Assembly: GCF_001194135.2 (NCBI RefSeq)
Contig: NC_068999.1
Location: 699,721 to 763,720, forward strand
Length of the DNA: 64,000 nucleotides
Reading direction: 5' to 3'
Source: Octopus bimaculoides
Lineage: Eukaryota
In this document: one piece after another, positions 50,838-64,000 of the stretch
How positions within the stretch are numbered: the first letter of the stretch is position 1
Layout of the letters: each line of letters starts with the position of its first letter
The notes under the pieces: model-generated
The model's input: the letters and a program-made list of their open reading frames with translations, nothing else
Databases searched by the model: none
What the model was told of the DNA's origin: nothing
Program-made: the position numbers and the translations under genes

Positions 50838-51449
50838 TATTGATATCCAGTACTGCTACCATAGTCTCCTTTAGAGAGACTTGGAAATATTAACGATACA
50901 TTACACATTGACTCTGCTTGGTAGAGAATGATTTGTGCCGATAATGACGAATGCAAAGAGCTGTAATGATTTGCCAGACCCTCCATGCTTTGCAGCTTTG
51001 CTACAAATGGTACCTAAACCGTCCTCCTCTTACGCTACATCGTATTTAAAAAAGAGAATCATTAGGTAGTCTAATCCGGTTCATTTTGTGTCTGAATAAA
51101 AACACGGTTTGCGAACGGCTGGAAAATTTTTCGATATAGGTATATATATCCTGTGTTTCTATTAAGCTCAACACGGACAGCTTCAATATCAAGTGCGACA
51201 ATAATGGTGAAAATAATGCCACTGGTGTGAGCTGCAAAGAACAAAAAAAAAGAGAAAGCTGTACATCGTTACATTTCAACATCAGTTGAAAGGTTTCAAA
51301 ATGGAATAATTCAGATTATACATCGGTAAGCAAAGGATAAATTACTCATGTCTAAAGTCTGCGATGAAGTGGTAGAAAGGTAAAAAGAAATGATATGGAA
51401 GCCAGCGGTGTGGTTGAGCGAAAAAAAAATATAATCATTATATGGTGTA

Positions 51450-52070
51450 TTAGCTGAATCGTTACAGCATGGCACAAATATCTAGATGTAGAATTTTTCC
51501 GGTGCTCTGACAACTGTGTCTGCATTCCACTAAAGCAAAGTTTTTTTTTGAACTCTCCAGGGTCAAAAGATAAAATACCAGCGAAGATTTAATCGTCTGA
51601 TCACCTCTCAAGAATCTACTACTCTTGTCAATATTTCACAAATTAACTGTAAAAGCTATGGTCTGGAGATCAGTTAGAGCATCAGGGGAAATGGTTTGGA
51701 TGATTTGTTGCGGTTATTTACGTTTTGAGTTCAAATCCACAAGGGTTAACTTTGTTGTTAATCATTTTGCTTTCGATTAAAATAAGGTACCAGCCGATAT
51801 GGATGGAATCGACTAACACCTTTCTTTTAAACATATATGGCGTTGTACCTTTTCCCATCGCTTCGATAAAATAAAGTACCTATAAAATACTTGGGTTGAA
51901 GTAATCAACAGAACCCTCATCTAAAATTGCTCGTCTTTTGCTTGTATTATAAATATCTAACAGGGGACAGACTGACAGAGTGTCTCAAGCTGCGGAAAAA
52001 AATGCAATGAGTTATTTCTTCCACTCTTAATGTTCTGAGCTCAAATCAGTAATGAAGACAACATTGTGTC
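51450..52070 (+). mobile_element. cluster of about four degenerate same-strand family A SINEs
   Basis: Successive heads or bodies at about 51450-51630, 51660-51850, 51850-51955 (3' half: cgataaaataaagtacc..cttgggttgaagtaatcaac) and 51960-52070 (head with gttctgagctcaaatc). Confidence 0.6.
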
Positions 52071-53474
52071 CAACATTGCCTAGTTTAGTAACAACAAATG
52101 TTTGTATTGCATGTGGCATGAGCTGTCGCCTTTTTTGTTCCCTCTTACTATTGAGTTATGGTTGACTATTTTTAAAGTGTATACAAATATGATTTATACC
52201 CACGTAAGACTCCAATAAAAGCTTCGCAGTCTTATAATAGAAAACGAAAACAGAAGAAATTCTGTAAAAAATATTTTCTTGTTTTGGTTCCACTTCAAAT
52301 CCTTGCATATTTGCATCAGTCAGCTCACCTTGTGTTACAAAACATTGGTTTAATGTTTTCCACTGTTTTGTTGTGTTATTTTACAAGGCAAGTTGGGTTT
52401 ATTTAATTATTTTTCGTAAAGTTAGAAAGTTCTTTCAATTTTATTAAGGTTTTCCGTTTGCTTTTTTTTTTATTTTCAGCAATAAAAGTAAAATTAAAAA
52501 TAAAAAAAAAAACTTCCCGTAAAAGATAAAGCAAAACAGTTGAATACATTTTTATGACTTCTTTGCAACAGGACAGGCGAGATCGTGTTGTATTTTTAGA
52601 AAAAAGTGTCAAGTGATTTTCAGAATTCAGTTGGTGAAAACCACAACTGTTAATTCAATATTAGTGACCTCAAAATCATTAGCCTCCCTTAGTCAAGAGT
52701 GCATATGTGCAGTTTATTTTACCAGGATCACCATCACCGTTGCATATCTGATTATATACAAATAGAGTTCGAAGTAGACTATTGGCAAAATAACTTTCAT
52801 TTTTATCTGAAGAATATATAGAGAGGTAATCAAGAACGGAACTGACTAATATGTGCTTCACAAAGGAAGTACGTTTTTCTCTGTATCGCGAAAGATAAAC
52901 TCCACAAAGCTCAGAGTGATAAATAGGATAGCAAATGCTACCATATTGTGTATCGTGATTCTGAAGCGTTTAGATGATAACACCATACTCAAGCTTCTGA
53001 GAGTAAGCAGAAACCATAAAACAAAAGTTAAAATACTGGACTTTCTCAGGAAGGAATTTGCGGCGTTTAATTATGCATTGGTGACATGCATTCAAATTGA
53101 GATTTGTCACAATAACGATGATTGAGGGAAGTCACACAATACTGCGCTTAGTACACGGTAAAATAAAATGAAATCATTGATTATATACAGTGATACAAAA
53201 TGGAGCCAATTTAGAAAACATAACGCGAATAACGGAAATATGTTGAGATTATTATTAAAAAATGAGACATTAGCTATAGTAGTCATTATGGTAACAATCA
53301 TGATGAAGGCAAAGATGAGGATGATGGTGGTGTGGATGGCGGCAGCGTTGGTGATAGTGGCGATGGTGAGAATATTGATAATGATGATAATGGTGATGAT
53401 AGTCGTCAATTATACTGAAGATGATGACGCTAGGGTCTATGATTACGATAAAAGTGCTGGGAAAGGTAATAGTA

Positions 53475-53514
<40 letters not shown>

Positions 53515-53545
53515 GGAGGAGGAGGAGGAGGAGGAGGAGGATGAG
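53475..53545. repeat. (GAT)n(GAG)n microsatellite
   Basis: Directly visible. Confidence 0.95.
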
Positions 53546-53804
53546 GTGAAGGTGGCAGAAAATGTAAAAACAAAATGAGTAAGAAGAGGAAGATGTAGAG
53601 AGATAAATGTTAAATATATAAATAATCCTGGGTGAGAGTATAGAGAGAGAGAAGTTATATGAAGACATCATAGCATCACTTTCAGGAGGATTTGGTGCCG
53701 TCCTTGAAGAGAGCAGAACATGTGAGTAGTTTCAGTTTGGCAAGTCGTTAATGGACAAAGCCTTGAAGAAAAACTAATGTTATTGCAATAACAGCAACTA
53801 CTAG

Positions 53805-53912
<108 letters not shown>

Positions 53913-54910
53913 GAAAACACCATTGACTATACTGAACTAATATTGTGCGCTACACTAATTTCAATTATTGATTGAGAAGAAAGCTTTTCACAAATTTACG
54001 TCAACGATAATTGAGAGGAGTCATATTAATAATATTTTCTATGTGAAATATTTTTCGGAATCATTAAGAAATCACTTGAAGAACTCCGAAGCAAATATTG
54101 TGATGTCGTTCACAAGGAGTTGCTATTCATGAATCGGTTCGGTACTTTATCATTTTTATGTTTTTTCTTGTGTTCTTCGTTTCTTATTTGTATTTTGTAT
54201 TATTTTTTTTTTAATATTGTTATCCTTTTCAGTGGTATTAAGAAATGTACTTGGATTAGAAGTGGTAATCGGTACAGGATTTAATATTGCATTTTTAATA
54301 ATATATTTTTAAAATTATTATTTTAAAGCGTTTCCCATGTCTTTTTCAAACTTCAATTTATATTTAGACAGGTTCATATGAATCAAAATCATGTAATGCC
54401 AAGACCAAGAAATGTTCAAAGCTCAACGTTTAGTCATCCCCTCCCAAATGAACATCTGAGTTCTTCTATTCTTAGGGAAAAAAACTAACACAGAGCTGTT
54501 ACTTTTTACAATATGCATGCAAATGCGAATTGGAATATTTCATTGCGAAATATTCACACCGCGTGTGGCTTCACAATGTCGGCGTGGGGAAGCTCAAATT
54601 TTGGTCGGCATTTTTTAAATATCAGATTTTGGAAATAAATCCTCTGTGTATGGTTTTACGAAGTCGAATGCTACGAAATGGCTTCTTCGAGCTTGGACTC
54701 AGTAGAATAAAGAATACTGAGTTGCGTCAGCAATTTGTTTTAATCGAAGAAACGGAAAAGCACAAACTAAAATAGAGGCAAAAATGGGAGAGGTTGTCAC
54801 AGAGGGATTCATTGAATTAAAATTATCTCAATTACAAGCGTCGTTAGCTTTTGAATGTTGATGCTTAATTTTTTTAATGGTTAACGCCCAAGAACAGGAC
54901 CAAATCCACC

Positions 54911-54966
54911 GACAGTTTTCCACAGTTTTCCACAGTTTTCCACAGTTTTCCACAGTTTTCCACAGT
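54911..54966. repeat. 10-bp minisatellite (CACAGTTTTC), about 5.5 units
   Basis: gacagttttc, then cacagttttc x4, then cacagt. Confidence 0.95.
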
Positions 54967-55734
54967 CCCCGTCTACGAAATTTCAAAGAGAGTCGTATAG
55001 TTTATATGTGGATGGAATTGTTTAGCCAGTGGTCTTCAGAACCGTATGTCATCACTGCTTTTCAAACCTTTTGCTACTGAGTATTCAAAGACCCCCAACC
55101 ACGGGCTGCCTCCATCTAATAAAATAAAACAAACAACAATATTAAAAGCAGCATTACAAATATTAGATATTTAGTTGTGTGTACGTAAATAAAATTGGCT
55201 TTCTGGAGTGAGTGATGGGGCTTTACATTCGTATGCTTTCACTTCGATTTCCAAATTTTACAATCTTTGACCATGTAAAGAATCCAGTCTGCTTCCTTCC
55301 AACGATGAGACAGATTTTAAAATAATGAGAAATTTCGTTGTTTTTGTTGTTAATCTCCAGGTCAGCCTTGGTCGATGGATACATGATCGAAGACGTTTTC
55401 GCTTTGGTGAACTCTTAGCAAATTTACAAGATACTTGACTCAAAGTTGGTGCAGAGGAATTGAACCCAAGTCATCGTGTTTATGAAGGTAACTTCTGAGT
55501 CACCCAACGAAACAGCTCTTCATTTAATTACCTCGTTATTGAATTTAAAATGTACATCCATAAGTTTGTGTCACTTTTGATATTCTGCGACAAACTGGGA
55601 ATTGGTATCGAGTTAAAAGAAATCACTAATTAATTTCAATTACATAGAATTTCTCGCAGACTAAACAGAACATCAACAAATCAACAAAAAAAAAAAAAAG
55701 GTAAATGCAATATCAACGATGGTATTTTTTCAAA

Positions 55735-55739
<5 letters not shown>

Positions 55740-55784
<45 letters not shown>

Positions 55785-55930
55785 CACAAACACAGACACA
55801 GAAACACACGCACACAAACACACGCACACAAATACATACATACATGCATGCATACATACATACATACATGCATGCATGCATACATACATACATACATACA
55901 TACATAAATACATACATACATACATATATT
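55740..55930. repeat. (CA)n then (CATA)n/(CATG)
   Basis: Directly visible. Confidence 0.95.
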
Positions 55931-56329
55931 GGTTTTCTCTTCATTTAAAAAAAAAAGCAAATTTGAAAACATTAATTTATTAACATTCTGAAAATATAGG
56001 TTACTACCGTCAAGTGTAAACAGCAAAGATTTGTTGTCGATGGATTTATATGATGCAAGCATTAACCCTCATAGCAAAATAGTGCTTATTTAAATATTTG
56101 CATCCAAATCCAGGCTCAATACTGACCCTTAAAATTAGATCCGATTCTTTATTTCGCTCAGTGTATTTATACAATCCATTGACACAAACCATTGATAATT
56201 AACCTTTGATGTGATTCGCACAACCAATCGCACCCTTTTGATTCCTGAATACAAAACATTACTCGCGAGATGCGCCGTCCGTAAGATTTCCTTCATTCAC
56301 AACGTCACTTTGCTCCACATGCTATCAGC

Positions 56330-56640
56330 AATACCAGCATCATCACCGGCACCCCCAGCTCTACTACAACTACCACAACGACCGCCAGAAGAACCAGTAC
56401 TACCATAGCCACAGCCACCACCACTATCATAACCATAACGACAACCATTTCCACTGTTTAATCGCGGTGATGACTACCATGACACCACTAGTATCACAAT
56501 CACCATCATTATCACCACCACCATCACCATTACCACGACCACCACCATCACCACCGCCAGTGACACCACACCTACCACCACCTCCACCAACTGCCAATTA
56601 ACACTAGCACTACCCTCACTGCGATACTACCGCGGCCACC
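56330..56640. repeat. degenerate (ACC)/(CAT) low-complexity tract
   Basis: Directly visible. Confidence 0.8.
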
Positions 56641-56644
56641 GCCG

Positions 56645-56770
56645 TGGTCCACTTTGCCTTTCATCCTTTCGGGGTGGATAAATTAAGTACCAGTTGCGTA
56701 CTGGGGTGGATTTAATCGACTTGCTCTCTTCCCTAAAATTTCTGGCCTAGTGCCTAGAATAGAAAAGGAT
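56645..56770 (+). mobile_element. SINE family A, young, 5' truncated
   Basis: actttgcctttcatcctttcggggtggataaattaagtaccagttgcgtactggggtggatttaatcgact..aaaatttctggcctagtgcctagaatagaaaaggat. Confidence 0.9.
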
Positions 56771-58739
56771 ACTACCACGGCCAGTACTAGTACCATGATC
56801 AGCCCCACCGCCGCCGCCATCACTTGCACCAAACACTGTTATACTGGCTATTCGGCCATCATTACATTTCATCTGGTAAATTTATAGATTCTATGTGAAC
56901 AGGATTCATTGCTTTAAAACCCTCGTGAGGAATTAGAGAAATGTCGCCACTTTAGAATATGTAACAACGACAATATTTCGCAATGTAGACAACGACATAA
57001 AGATGTCTAAAGACAAATAATAGATATATTACTTTCATTATTTGTATGTATACAGATAGTGGGAACATAAGTTGAAAAAAAAAAATCATCGCAGCATTTA
57101 TCAGCTTTGTCTCTTGGCGAGACTTAAAGTGAAGAATACAGTAATGAGGATAACTGCAATGGCGTTCTAATGTTTAAAACACAGCGCTTCAGCAGGGAAC
57201 TAATGATATAATTGATGCATAAATATTGGCTTAATTATATATCGTATTCTTGTAATATATCGGTTAAAATATTCGCTGAGGGTGACATGTCTGTTTCCGT
57301 CTAACTTTGCAACATATATATGAAACGAACATGTGTGTGTGTGTGTGTGTGTATTTATATGTATATATTTTTGTACGTTTTGTATATAAGTATGTGTACG
57401 TTTATATCTTTCCATTCCTACATTTAGATTATTTCTTTTTTATAAATATTTCCATTAGACTTTGTTTTTCAAGCCTGGCTGAATGCAACAACACACAACA
57501 TATTTCCATATGTAAATACAATCATTACAGTTTCGGTAGCAGTCCAGACTCCCACATATACATGCGTATATTTACACATATACATACATATGTGTGTATG
57601 TGTGTGCGTCTGTGTGTCTGTGTCTATGTGTGTGCGTCTGTGGGTCTGTGTGTGTGCTCTGTGATCGCGTTAGTTTAACGTCAAAAGATTAATTTCTAAA
57701 ATGCTGTTGTTTACAAGCCTGTTTAATTTGCTGTCAATATATTGACTGTATAGTTATTCATCTGATTAAAATATAGAAATGGCAAGCAAAGATCTCAAAT
57801 ATGAAAAAAAGTAAAACAAACATCAATAGATACAAACATACACTGTCTCTCACACACACCCACGAAGAGAGATATGCATAGAGAGCGAAAAAAAAAAACA
57901 GTGGATATAAAGAAAACTCATCAAACGAAAAATACATGGAAAAAAGCTAAACAGAAAATCTAGAAACTAGAAAAGAGTAAAAACATATCACTTTTTGAAC
58001 AAAATTCACTGAAAAACGCTCGGAGATTAACTTGATATCCCATCTTAAGTATCCTATGAATAAATTTTGCTCCTCTAGTCAAAAAATGCAGAAAGAAATA
58101 TAATAAATATAGATATAAAAGTAAAACAATCCTGTCCAATCAAATGTTGAGATTATGGTAGTGAAAATGGCGGAAAAGAGTAGAAAAAATGTAATATAAG
58201 AGAAAATATAGCTAAAATGAATAGTAAAGAGTAATAAAGGAAGTGAAGATAAAATATACAAAAAGAGATAAAACAATACTAACCATAAGAAGAAGAACAA
58301 CAACATTAGAAAGAACGATGGAACGTAACAAATATGAAACAAGTAACCTCGCAGTCAATAATGACTGGTGTTGTTGATATTGTGTGTGAGTCTATAGAAA
58401 GCGAGAATTATAGAAGTTAGCAAAAAAGGTGAGGGGAGAAGCTAAGTCATCAGGAATATAATGATGATGCTGCCTCTGCTCTGTTGCTGCTGCTGCCGCT
58501 GCTGCTGCTGCTGATGATGATGACGATGGTGGTGGTGAGGAGGAGGAGCAGGAGAAGGAGTTGGAAGTAAAGGAAGAGTGGGGGAAGAGGAAGGAGATAC
58601 GAGTGGGAGATAGAGGCGGGGATCGCTAAATTGGACGATGTTTGCGAGGGAAAGAGATAAAGCTGTAATATATAAATATATAATGGGACACATCAATTCT
58701 GAAGCTACTACGACTGGTAGCAGTGGTCATGAAAATCAA

Positions 58740-58742
58740 AAT

Positions 58743-58780
<38 letters not shown>

Positions 58781-58812
58781 CTACAACAACAACTACAACA
58801 ACAACAACTACT
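58740..58812. repeat. (AAC)n microsatellite
   Basis: Directly visible. Confidence 0.95.
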
Positions 58813-58879
58813 ATATAACAAAAATACTCCATTGTATTTTTCGTCTCTAGGCCTCAAGTTCTTACTGAAGAGGCTAGGC

Positions 58880-58976
58880 GATTACTCGACTGGACCCCGA
58901 AGGGGATAAACGGCAAAGTCGACCTCGGCAGAATTTGAACTCAGAACCTAGCGACGGGTGAAATACCGCTAAGCAT
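58880..58976 (-). mobile_element. SINE family A, partial, running into gap
   Basis: gaccccgaaggggataaacggcaaagtcgacctcggcagaatttgaactcagaac..gacgggtgaaataccgctaagcat. Confidence 0.85.
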
Positions 58977-58986
58977 NNNNNNNNNN

Positions 58987-58987
58987 A

Positions 58988-59040
<53 letters not shown>

Positions 59041-59053
59041 TAATAATAATAAC

Positions 59054-59097
<44 letters not shown>

Positions 59098-59122
59098 GAA
59101 GAAGAAGAAGAAGAAGAAGAAG
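58987..59122. repeat. (AAT)n(AAG)n microsatellite
   Basis: Directly visible. Confidence 0.95.
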
Positions 59123-61508
59123 AACCATGCTCTATAGAAAATTCCTTCAAGAAAAAATGAATACCTAGCTTCACATTTTATCGGAATATCATCTTATAAT
59201 TCACAGTGAATACATAAAGCCAACGTACAAGCGTTGGGTAATTTTTCAGGAAATCAGGTTTGGCATCCACAGAGAAACGCTATAATCATTTTCTGAAAAT
59301 TGAAATGCAAACCGACGTGGCAACTCAGAGACAATAAATCGGAAGAGGAATGCACCGACGCATGTGGTAGATATAACGGTGTGCGCAGGTCGCTCGTGTT
59401 GTTGATTTGTGTGTAAATGCTTCGTTGGGGAATACATTACGAAGGAGCAATAATGAAGGGAAGAAAGGAGCGATGGGGCGAAAGAGAGCGCGTGTGAATA
59501 CAACGTGATGATGACTGGGATGAGAGGGAAGAAGAAGTAGATGATGATGATGATGATGAGGAGGAGGAGGAGGAGGCGGAGGAAGAGGTGGAGGAGGACG
59601 ATGACGAGGAGTAAGATTATAACCGAAGAAAGATGACCAAATTAAACCAGAGAATAAAAATATATAGACATTATGAGAATTACGCTATATATTAGCACTG
59701 CCAACGTGTTCTGGCTTTGGCGATTACTTCTTCTCAATATATTTGTGTAAGTGAAATGATTAAAGCTAGGAAAATTCGACGGGGCCAGAATATAAATGAG
59801 GCATTCAATGTGCATGTTGTTGGAATGAGATATATAGCAGCCATTTATTGGAAACTTAATTAAAGGTGGATCTGTGAATCTGAGAGGAGATGGATGTTAG
59901 AGAGACACTCATTCACGATCCATGATTACAATATCCGTCATTACACATGGAGGACGCATTTCATCGTCATGTTGCTGTTTTCGGTTTTCTGTTTTATAAT
60001 TTTCCACCATTTACATTCCATATGTGGTGTGTGTGCGAATGCATTTACACTTCTCACACTTACAAGCACATGTGCTCACACACACACACGCACATACACA
60101 CACACGCACACACACACAAGCACAAAGCGACGGACTGAATATACCAGCTCGATTACTTTCGCCTATCCAATAAAACCGTCATGACAGTTCAAATACTCTT
60201 CATAAAGAGAAAGAAAAACCGATAAACAAAGGGCGACGGAGGTGCCTAAAGAGACGAAATAACGGGCTGCGCTATGTCCATTGATGAGTAGAATGCAATC
60301 AGCAGTTATACAGCTTTTTCCCATTTGCATAATTTGTCCATTTTTATCAATTAAATATATTGCACGTGATGTCTATGTATAAAATTTGTCTTCGTACATT
60401 ACCAATATCGCTNNNNNNNNNNNNNNNNNNNNNNNNNNNNNNNNNNNNNNNNNNNNNNNNNNNNNNNNNNNNNNNNNNNNNNNNNNNNNNNNNNNNNNNN
60501 NNNNNNNNNNNNNNNNNNNNNNNNNNNNNNNNNTATATATATATATATATATATGCATGTATATGCATATAAAAATCCTACTCGCTTATGCCAATTTTTG
60601 GGGGCAAAATATGAAACAAGTATCAGGTTCAGGTGAAATCAATTAATGCCCCTCCCTTCAAAATGCTTGTGTTGTGTGTCAGTCACAAGTAATATGACAT
60701 GTTCTGCCATCACTGTAATTTCTCCAATGAAAGAGATTTCTTTCATTTTCCCTCCGCTTGCTCCCTTGAAAGTACAAATAAAACCCGTGTAATGCTATTT
60801 TTCTGCTTTCATAATCTTCAGTAGAAAACGAAGGTTAATATAAGGGATACTCAGCTTATGAAGAACTTAAATCATCAATATACTTCTTTCTCGAAAATAT
60901 TTTTATCCGAGTCTTTTTTTAATTTTTTTTATTATGTTAGAGAATTTTTTAAAAATGATGGCGACTGATTTGATGAAAGTTGCTGTCGCATATTTTTGTG
61001 CATACTTACAAAAAAATTCTCTTGCCACTATTTTTATTGTTTTAACTAAATTATTCATTGCAGTGAAATTTGTTTAAAGACGAATGGAATTTTGCATAAG
61101 TTTTCAATGAATTAAAAATTTATTTAACTTTGTCTCCATTCGTTCGACTTTGTTTTTTCTGTTATTCTGTCAAAAAAATAACTGCTTTGTTTAAAATCTT
61201 CGTTTGGACCCTTCTATGACATTAATGGTTGAATAACTGCTAGCAGAGAAACGTTTTAAAATTACATTTTTTTTATTGGGTGTAAATGCGACAACAGAAT
61301 GAAAGAATAAGTGAATATACAAATACTTCTATAAATACAAGAATAAATAAACCAAAATTCTCTACCCGTTCCTTGAGCGTTTCTGCGCAATACAGCACAT
61401 AATTAATAATCCAGTTTTTGAGAATAAGACAAGATGTAATCCGTTTACGGGAGCACAAGGAAATCATGTCTTGCGTATAAAATGACATCAACAATAATAA
61501 TAATAGAA

Positions 61509-61510
<2 letters not shown>

Positions 61511-61571
<61 letters not shown>
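61511..61571. repeat. (AGT)n microsatellite
   Basis: Directly visible. Confidence 0.95.
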
Positions 61572-61572
<1 letters not shown>

Positions 61573-62029
61573 CGGGCAGCAATTATTTTGATAGACAAGG
61601 GTTGAAGATGTTGGGATCTAACACAAAGGCGAAGTATAAAAGGAAACATTAACTATAATAGAGATGGACACGGAGAGAAGTAATGAATTCCATGGCAGAG
61701 AGTGGCGAAAGCAATCTGGAACAAGAAAATCGAATAAAGAAAGTCATCCTAACTTGTTGGAGATCTACTCCTCGAAATGTAATCTGTAGAATTTCAAAGA
61801 CAGTCGAGGATTTCTGTGACAAGCGAGGCAATGGCTTTTTCCAAACTCTTTAGCTAATGTTTTTGGAAGAAGTGAATTTATCCACTTTCCCTCGATCGAA
61901 ATGAAGTCTACTGGAAGGTAGCATTTCTGTCTCTAAAATTAAAGATTCTTAATTTGATATTTAAAAACAAACACATAATTGACATTTGGACTATTTGCAT
62001 ATTCAGTCTTTAAAAGTTTGACTAAAGGG

Positions 62030-62092
62030 GAACAGCATTGATGGGCGAGGAAAGTCGATTTTATCGATCCCAATGATCACTTGGTACTTAGG
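62030..62092 (-). mobile_element. SINE family A, 3' fragment
   Basis: gggcgaggaaagtcgattttatcgatcccaatgatcacttggtactta. Confidence 0.55.
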
Positions 62093-62964
62093 ATAAAACG
62101 GACTGAGTCGGACTAAATGTTCTATATTATAAACGGCCTTGGTTTTTTTTAAAATTTCATTACGAAAAGTAAATCCTTATATTCACACACTGATATATGA
62201 CCTACGTTGGAACCCTTAGGGGTTCCGCAAAGGTAACTGAGAGAAAAACAATTAAATACCGTTGAATGTTTTTGACTCTGCTCTGTAAGACATTCCTCCC
62301 AAACTCTCGCAGTGAAATAAGCAAAAGCGAACAGATAACTTCTATGGTATATTCTCTCATCGGACTAAGTAACTTGCACTATTCTAGACAACTAAAACAA
62401 ACCCAACTATGCAGAAACATCGACGAGCACATCCATTAACAGTAGAACGAGTGTGACACCAAGTGTTACATTGACCACGTAGTTTATTATACGCATGCAT
62501 ATACAGACGCATACTTTACATATATACACACATATATAATGTATATATATATATATATATATATATACCACAGTCAGCTGACAATCGATTATCAATGCAA
62601 TTTCGACACCTTTAGACAGTGTTAATATCCTTATACATCATTCCGTTTTAAATTCACTGAACAGCTCCAGTAAGGATGATGATGAGGAGGAGAAGGAAGG
62701 TAGAAAGTATTTTCTGAAATAACTATGTGGTCGATTCTCTGGCCGTGGACCTCGTATATAAAACTGGGCGTTTTTGTATGAATGATACCTGTGGTATTTT
62801 ATGAGAAAAAATATCTACCTCTTGCTAGCTTAATCAAAAGACTTGAGAATGCTGTGGTTGGTGCTTCTTGATTTTGCTGACTCTTGCTGGTTCCGTAGAA
62901 TCGTGTTGTTCGCGTCTTTTTATGACAATGCGGCTAATGCACTTATATTTATATTAGAGACGAT

Positions 62965-63200
62965 CAATATCTGCCTGTAAATCGATATGTTATTTTGCCA
63001 TATATAAAATCTTCTGGAACACCAACGATATCCACCCAACTTCTGTATCCAAAGCATAGAAGACACTGCTGGTGCACGAAAGTGAACATGTACAATTCGC
63101 CTTGTCTCCTAAATGCATCACTGTTGCAGATTCCTTCCTTCCATGTGATATCGGCAAATTCTGCGCAGACACTAATAGATATCAAACGTGTGGACTTTGT
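62965..63200 (-). mobile_element. RTE-clade LINE ORF2 C-terminal fragment
   Basis: With one frameshift: CLRRI/DITWKEGICNSDAFRRQGELYMFTFVHQQCLLCFGY...GVPEDFIYGKI. This resembles the post-RT motif LRRILGITW.D...N..VL.RA...SMFT...RLRWLGH...RIPKD.LYGEL. Confidence 0.65.
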
Positions 63201-64000
63201 ATATTCTTACATTGTACATAACTAATCATGAAATATTGAAATATAGGTGCATTGAAGTGACTCTTAGCCCAAGCTCTGTAATATTGTAGGGTTACATCTT
63301 CTTGAAGTTGCATGCGATAATTTAACCGTTTGAAGAACCAACATGACATATACAGGTCACATCTATATGATTAAATAAAAACTGAAGCTTTTTCATAATC
63401 TACACGATCAAAGAGAATGTATGATCAAACAAAACCCTCAAGAAAAATTTGCTTTTATATCTGAATAATAGTACTTATGGTATGGGATCGTAGAGGGTTA
63501 AATTAATATATCAAATATATGAACAGAATCAAACGGATCCGATTAAATGGGAAAGAAAATTGGCATTTTGTATTGTTATTATTATTTAGTCTGATATGTT
63601 GGTGGTGTTGGTGGTGCTGGCGCCGGAGCTGGTGAAAAGTGATATGAATACTTTCATATGTTTCTTGACTGGTGACTTCCTTGATGTCGACATCCTGCTT
63701 GGAATATTTGGAAATCGATATTTCGAGGAACACAAAGGATAAAGGATTATCCAGAGACGACAAGAAGACTGCGAAATAAAGATTGAAGACATTTTTCTTC
63801 AAAATCACCGGTTTATCGGTTTTCTCAATGATCATTACAGCTCTCATTGATATAGAATAGTAAATGGTGCATATATATATACATGCATATGAATATTCGC
63901 CTCAGCATGTGCCGGATTCTGTGTATGTAAACATCTATACATAAACACACACATAAATTTCTGCATTTAAATATGTATATATATATATATATATATATAT

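Noticed and set aside
61692-61853. 53-aa ORF faintly like a Tc1/mariner C-terminus
   Set aside because: No SPDLNP motif or TIR found; could be chance.
63503-63847. Overlapping minus-strand ORFs with a good acceptor near 63760
   Set aside because: No recognisable domain and no convincing donor; left uncalled.

Overview
AT-rich eukaryotic draft-assembly window with 13 N-gaps, very dense microsatellites and about 25 copies of tRNA-derived SINEs. The SINE sequences match octopus SINEs as I recall them, so the source is probably a coleoid cephalopod (Octopus-like); this is inference, not a database result. I could not identify any host protein-coding gene. Almost every ORF in the supplied track is a translated microsatellite or N-run, so the window is probably intergenic or inside a large intron. 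Recognisable fossils are a mariner transposase remnant (23071-23700), an internally deleted L1/Tx1-type LINE (27040-28000), two R4/Dong-type LINE endonuclease fragments (29388-29600, 44156-44360) with a possible inverted RT piece beside the second, and an RTE LINE fragment (62965-63200). The most interesting structures outside the ORF track are two unrelated minimal type I hammerhead-ribozyme motifs: a near-intact one at 7746-7790 and a decayed one at the tip of a ~140-nt rod-like fold-back at 50624-50765. There are also two fold-back MITE-like elements (11413-11760, 48726-48881), a strict 7-bp-register variant minisatellite (42985-43675) and perfect microsatellite-built palindromes. SINE and LINE boundaries were read by eye and are approximate.
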